Below are positions 58,600 through 64,000 of a stretch of DNA of 64,000 nucleotides, in pieces. Source of the DNA: the human T2T-CHM13v2.0 reference genome, Homo sapiens. The stretch is taken from assembly GCF_009914755.1 (NCBI RefSeq), contig NC_060928.1, one strand, 5' to 3'. How positions within the stretch are numbered: the first letter of the stretch is position 1; each line of letters opens with the position of its first letter. The position numbers were made by a program, and so were the translations under genes. The notes below the pieces were generated by a model. It had not been told where the DNA came from, searched no databases, and was given only the letters and a program-made list of their open reading frames with translations.

Positions 58600-60497
58600 A
58601 CTGGCAGTGTAAACAAGAGCAGGGCATGTATGAGTAGTTGAGAATGGTGAATAGGAGTATGACTAGACAGAAGATAGTAGGGATGACAAGTTTTCTGGGG
58701 CACAGTCCAAGTTGGTCTGGTGTCTGGAATGAGACTGGGGCCTAATAAAAAGGAGCGTCTTCTATACAGGAGCTTAAATGGGCTGTACCCTGTAGCATTC
58801 TGAGGACAGGCCTGAATTCTGAGAAGGGAAAGTGATAAAAGTATTGTCCAGTCCTTTTTGGTGGCTGAGCTTGGTGAGGTGTGTTTTTAAAAGACCTTCA
58901 GTCCATTCTACTTTTCTTGAAGATGGAGAACCGTAAGGGAAATAAAGGTTTCACTGAATACTAAGAGCCTGAAAAACTGCTTGGCTGATTTGACTAATAA
59001 AGGCTCATCTGTTATCAGACTGTATTGAGGTGGGAAGGCTAAACTGAGGAATTAAGTCTAACAGAACGGAAGAAATGACTGCGGTGGCCTTCTCAGACCC
59101 TGTAGGAAAGGCCTCTACCTATCCAGTGAAAGTATCTACCTAGACTAAGAGGTATTTTAGTTATCTGACTCAGGGCATGTTGAGTAAAGCTAATTTGCCA
59201 GTCCTGGGGGGGCGCAAATCCTCGAGCTTGATGTGTAGAGAAGGGAAGGGGCCTGAAGAATACCTGAGGAGTAGTAGAATAGCAGATGGAACACTGAGAA
59301 ATTATTTCCTTGAGGATAGATTTCTACTATGGAAAGGAAATGAGAGGTTCTAAGAGGCGGGCTAGTGGCTTGTATTATAGTATAACCTGCCTTTACTGGT
59401 GTGTGGCGATTAGGCCTGGGTGGAACCGCCATCAATAAATCAAGCATGATCAGGGTGAGGAACAGAAAAGAAGGAAATTTGGGGAAATGGGGTGAATGTC
59501 AGGTGGATCAGAGGGATACAGTCATGGGGGTCAGGTGTGGTATCAGGAATAATGTGGGAGGCCGGATTGAAGTCTGGGCCAGGAACAACGGTAATTGTGG
59601 GAGACTCAACAAAGAGTGAGTACAGCTGAAGGAGCCGGGGAGCAGAAAGTATATGCGTCAGGTATGAGGAAGAAAATAGATTTTGGAAGTTATGAGAACT
59701 GTAGAGAGTGAGTTGAGCATAGTTTGTGATTTTGAGGGCCTCTAAAAGTATTAAAGCAGCGGCAGCCACTGCACGCAGACATGAGGGCTAGGCTAAAACA
59801 GTAAGGTCAAGTTTGGACAGAAAGGCTACAGGGTGTGGGCCTGGCTCTTGTGTAAGAATTCTGACTGTGCTAACCATGCCTAGGAAGGAAAGGAGTTGTT
59901 GTTTTGTAGAAGGTGCTTGGGTTTGAGAGGTCAGTCAGACACGATTGGCAGGGAGAGCACGTGTGTTTTTATGAGAATTATGCCGAGATAGGTAACAGTT
60001 GAGGAAGAAATTTGGGCTTGATTGAAGTAATGGGGGCTGTCTGTGAAGCTTTGCGGCAGTACAGCCTAGGTAATTTGCTGAGCTTGATGGGTGTCAGGGT
60101 CAGTCCAAGTGAAAGCGAAGAGAGGCTGGGATTAAGGGTGCAAAGTAATAGTAAAGAAAGCATGTTTGAGATCTAGAACAGAATAATGGGTTGTAGAGGC
60201 AGGTATTGAGGATAGGAGAGTATATGGCTTTGGCACCACGGGGTGGATAGGCAAAACAATTTGGTTGATAAGGCGCAGATCCTGAACTAACTTGTAAGGC
60301 TTGTCTGGTTTTAGGACAGGTAAAATGGGGGAATTGTAGGGAGAGTTTATAGGCTTTAAAAGGCCATGCTGTAGCAGGCGAGTGATAACAGGCTTTAATC
60401 TTTTTAAAGTGTGCTGTGGGATGGGATATTGGCATTGAGTGGGGTAAGGGTGATTAGGTTTTAATGAGATGGTAAGGGGTGCATGATCGGTCGCCAA
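58600..60497 (-). pseudogene. pol: HERV-H pol remnant (RT N-terminus, partial tether/RNase H/IN), internally deleted
   Basis: SPYNSPILPVLKPDKPYKLVQDLRLIN and YSVLDLKHAFFTI RT motifs in ORF 60132-60497; frame stops before YxDD; 3' boundary approximate. Confidence 0.85.
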
Positions 60498-60650
60498 GGA
60501 GGGAGTAGAGGTATCTTATACTTGTGGGTTAAGGTGGGGGGATACAAGAGGAGAACGCAAAGGAGGCTTTGGATTGGGAAGAAGGGCGGCAATGAGATAT
60601 AGCTGTAGTCCAGGAATAGTCAGGGAAGCAGGTAATTTAGTTAAAGTGTC

Positions 60651-60875
60651 TCAGCCTAATAAGAAAACTGGGCAGGTGGGGATAACTAAAAAGGAGTGCT
60701 TAAAAGAGTATTGTCTAAGTTGGCACCAGAGTTGGGGAGTTTTAAGAGGTTTAGAAGCCTGGCCATCAATACCCACAACAGTTATGGAGGCAAGGGAAAC
60801 AGGCCCTTGAAAAGAAGGTAATGTGGAGTGGGTAGCCTCCGTATTGATTAAGAAGGGGATGGGCTTACCTTCCAC
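60651..60875 (-). pseudogene. pro: HERV-H protease remnant with degenerate active site
   Basis: IPFLINTEATHSTL at the LIDTGA position (no catalytic Asp); flap-like VVGIDG. Confidence 0.85.
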
Positions 60876-60941
60876 TGTGAGAGTTACCCGAAGCTTGGCG
60901 TCCGTGATGGTCTAGGGGGCTTCCGAGGCTATCGGGCAGTG

Positions 60942-62200
60942 TCAGTCTTCAGCCGCTAAGCCGAGAAGATCTGGGAAGGAGTCAGTCAGAGAGCCTTGGG
61001 CCAGAGTTACAGGGGCTCTGGGAGTGGCTGCCAGGTGAGTTGAACAGTCCGATTTTCGGTGGGGTCCCACAGAGCTGGGACGTGGCTTAGGAAGAATCCC
61101 GGGCTGCGGGCATTCCTTGGCCCAGTGGCCAGATTTCTGGCATGTGTAGCAAGCTCCTGTGGGAGGAGGTTCTGGAGGAACGCCTGGCCACTGCGGTTCA
61201 GGCGTTTTGAAGTTCTTGTGTGCTGGAGATGTGGCTGGGGTTTGTCTCACAGTGGAGGCAAGGAATTGCAACTTTTTTCTATTATTGTATGCCTGAAGGC
61301 GAGGTTAATTAAATCCTGTTGTGGGGTTTGAGGGCCGGAATTTAATTTTTGGAGTTTTATTTAATGTTGGGAGCAGATTGGGTAATAAAATGTATTTTGA
61401 GAATAAGATGGCCTTTTGACCTTTTAGGGTCTAGGGCTGTGAAGCGTCTCAGGGTTGCTGCCAAACAAGTCATGAACTGGGCTGGATTTTTATATTTGAT
61501 GAAAAAGAGCCTAAACGCTTCTGATTTGGGATAAGGAAAAAGGAGCATTAACCTTGACTCTATGCCTTTAGCTCCAGCCACCTTTTTAAGAGTAAATTGC
61601 TGGGCAGGAGGGGGAGGGCTAGTCACGGAACGAAACTGTAATCCAGACCAGGTGTGAGGAGGGGAGGTGATAAAAGGATTATAGGGTGGAGGAGCAGAGG
61701 CTGAGGAAGAATTGGGACCTAGCTCGGCCTGGCGAGGAGCAGCCTGGGGAGGAAGGGAGAGGTCAGATGGGTCTGTAGAAAAGGAAGATTAGAAAGACTC
61801 AACGACGCTTGGGGTTGGTACTGAGGGGACAGGTGGGAGGGAAAGAAGGAAGATTTGGGACGAGTTGCACTGGGCACAGAGACTAGGAAGGGACTGATGT
61901 GTAAAAGAATGCCTGGACGTCAGCCACCTCAGACCGTTTGCCTATTTTATGACAAGAATTATTTAGATCTTGCAGGATGGAAAAATTCAAAGTGCCATTT
62001 TCTGGCTATTTGGAACTACTGTCGAGTTTGTATTGGGGTCAAGTGGCATTGCAGAAGAAAATAAGGCATTTAAGTTTTAGGTCAGGTGTGAGTTGAAGAG
62101 GTTTTAAGTTTTTGAGAACACAGGCCAAGGGAGTAGGAGGAGGAATGGAGGGTGGAAGGTTGCCCATAGTGAAGGAAGCAAGCCTAGAGAAAAGAGAGTA
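60942..62200 (-). pseudogene. gag: HERV-H gag remnant (fragmented)
   Basis: CCHC knuckle CYTCQKSGHWAKEC in ORF 60942-61271; HFITQSAPNI in ORF 61357-61626; stops and frameshifts between pieces. Confidence 0.85.
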
Positions 62201-62729
62201 GAGAAACAGAGGGAAGGGGTTCGGGGGATCTTACCTTCCAGAAAAGTGGGGAAAGGGGTTGGGGCACAGAGATAAGAGGTCGGGGTGCGGAAATAAGGGA
62301 TTGGGGCACAGAGATAAGAGGTTGGGGCGTAGAAATAAGGGATTGGGGGTTCTTGCCCCCTAGAAAAGCGGGACTTGCTGCTAAGGGTGAAGGAGAAGGG
62401 GTTGGGGTACTTGCCCCTGCCCCAGGAAAGCGGGACTTGCCACTAAGGGTGAAGGACCAAGGCAGGCGTCCCTGCGTGGTCTGACACCCTTGAAACGTCA
62501 GTGTATAATCAGAGAGGCGTCCCTGCAATTATTAAACACCAAGGGAAGGCTGCCTTCCCAGTCCGTGAGCAGCGCCGGAGTTTTGGGTCCATGGATAAAA
62601 CGTGTCTCCTTTGTCTCTATCAGAAAATGAAAGGAATTGAAATTAAGAGAAGAGAGAGATTAAAGAGTGGAAAGGAGAAAGTGGTTGAGGGACAGTGAGA
62701 GAGGTTGGAGAAGAGAGTAAGAAGAGGCC

Positions 62730-62738
62730 GCTTACCTG
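62730..62738 (-). promoter_or_regulatory. HERV-H major splice donor
   Basis: CAG|GTAAGC on minus, about 145 nt downstream of the 5' LTR, the usual HERV-H leader donor position. Confidence 0.85.
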
Positions 62739-62860
62739 ATTTAAAATTGGTGAGATGTTCCTTGGGCTGGTCAGTCTGAGGACCTGAGGTCATAGGTGGA
62801 TCTTTCTCACGGAGCAAAAACAGGAGTACAGGGGATTGAGCTCCCAAGGGAGGTCCCCTG

Positions 62861-62878
62861 ATCCGAGTCACGGCACCA
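62861..62878 (-). promoter_or_regulatory. Primer-binding site for tRNA-His
   Basis: Plus strand reads ATCCGAGTCACGGCACCA, the 3' 18 nt of tRNA-His(GUG) including CCA, 2 nt inside the 5' LTR boundary. Confidence 0.96.
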
Positions 62879-62880
62879 AA

Positions 62881-63333
62881 TTTCATGCGCATCCGTGTGA
62901 AGAGACCACCAAACAGGCTTTGTGTCAGCAACATGGCTGTTTATTTCACCTGGGTGCAGGCGGGCTGAGTCTGAAAAGAGAGTCAGTGAAGGGAGATAGG
63001 GGTGGGGCCGTTTTATAGGATTTGGGTAGGTAAAGGAAAATTACAGTCAAAGGGGGTTTGTTCTCTGGCAGGCAGGAGTGGGGGTCGCAAGATGCTCAGT
63101 GGGGGAGCTTTTTGAGCCAGGATGAGCTAGGAAAAGGACTTTCACAAGGTAATGTCATCACTTAAGGCAAGGACCAGTCATTTACACTTCTTTTGTGGTG
63201 GAATGTCATCAGTTAAGGTGGGGCAGGGCATATTCACTTCTTTTGTGATTCTTCAGTTACTTCAGGCCATCAGGGCATATACCGGCAAGTCACAGGGGAT
63301 GTGATGGCTTGGCTTGGGCTCAGAGGCCTGACT
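62881..63333 (-). mobile_element. HERV-H 5' LTR (LTR7, LTR7up-like)
   Basis: Adjacent to the PBS; TATAAAA (63011-63017), AATAAA (62940-62945), two ACAAAAGAAG motifs (63187-63196, 63237-63246) and CCCCACCC boxes, all read on minus. Confidence 0.95.
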
Positions 63334-63460
63334 CTCTCTTGATATAAAATATTATAGTATGTTTGTGTGCTGATGGGGGATTTAGTAAAATGAGGGATTT
63401 AATGTGATTAGAGAATAATTTATGCTATTAAAGGAGGAGTTCATCCTAAAGAAAGTCATG

Positions 63461-63768
<308 letters not shown>

Positions 63769-64000
63769 AAGTCATGGACAGTTTATTCTTGCTGAGAAGC
63801 AACAAGGCAGAGTATATTAGCTGTATTTGGGTTGGTTGGTAAATGTAATGTTGGAAATATACAGAAATGAAGTTTCTCAGAAACGTAAGACACATAATCC
63901 TCAATTGAGTTTGAGGGAGTCAGAGAAACTATTACAGGTTTGAGGAGATTAAAGTATGTATGAGGTAATTATCACATTTAGCTGTTGAGATGCAAGATTG

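Larger units (their letters stand above)
57675..63333 (-). mobile_element. HERV-H provirus with two LTR7s, ~5.66 kb (common deleted RTVL-H type, no intact env)
   Basis: Two ~450-bp direct repeats reading (T)GTCAGGCCTCTGAGCCCAAG...CATGAAA on minus; tRNA-His PBS; polypurine tract; gag zinc knuckle, protease and RT fragments in retroviral order. Confidence 0.98.

Noticed and set aside
62255-62460. ~21-bp G-rich tandem units and a 29-bp duplicate, superficially array-like
   Set aside because: Normal HERV-H leader repeats with no unique spacers; not CRISPR
62861-62878. tRNA-His gene
   Set aside because: Only the 3' 18 nt including CCA; this is the retroviral PBS, with no cloverleaf or A/B boxes

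Overview
AT-rich, repeat-dense primate (human-like) intergenic or intronic DNA. No protein-coding gene can be recognised, and there are no prokaryotic features or CRISPR arrays. The window holds many Alus, old L1M, L2, MIR and MaLR relics and two DNA-transposon MITEs (MER2, MER1A). It also holds a 4-kb L1PA with a twin-priming 5' inversion and intact TSDs (20925-24957), an L1PB-like element with an internal deletion (52722-55841), and a 5.66-kb HERV-H provirus with two LTR7s on the minus strand (57675-63333). Main lead: the HERV-H 5' LTR has an LTR7up-like layout (two ACAAAAGAAG SOX-type motifs, TATA, intact major splice donor), while the 3' LTR has lost its AATAAA through a 4-bp deletion. About 19-26 kb downstream on the same strand lie exon-like segments ending in an 82-codon ORF followed by AATAAA. 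This is a candidate ERV-driven read-through or spliced lncRNA or microprotein transcript; it is inference and untested. Repeat family names are from memory of consensus sequences, not from a database search, and boundaries of old repeats are approximate.
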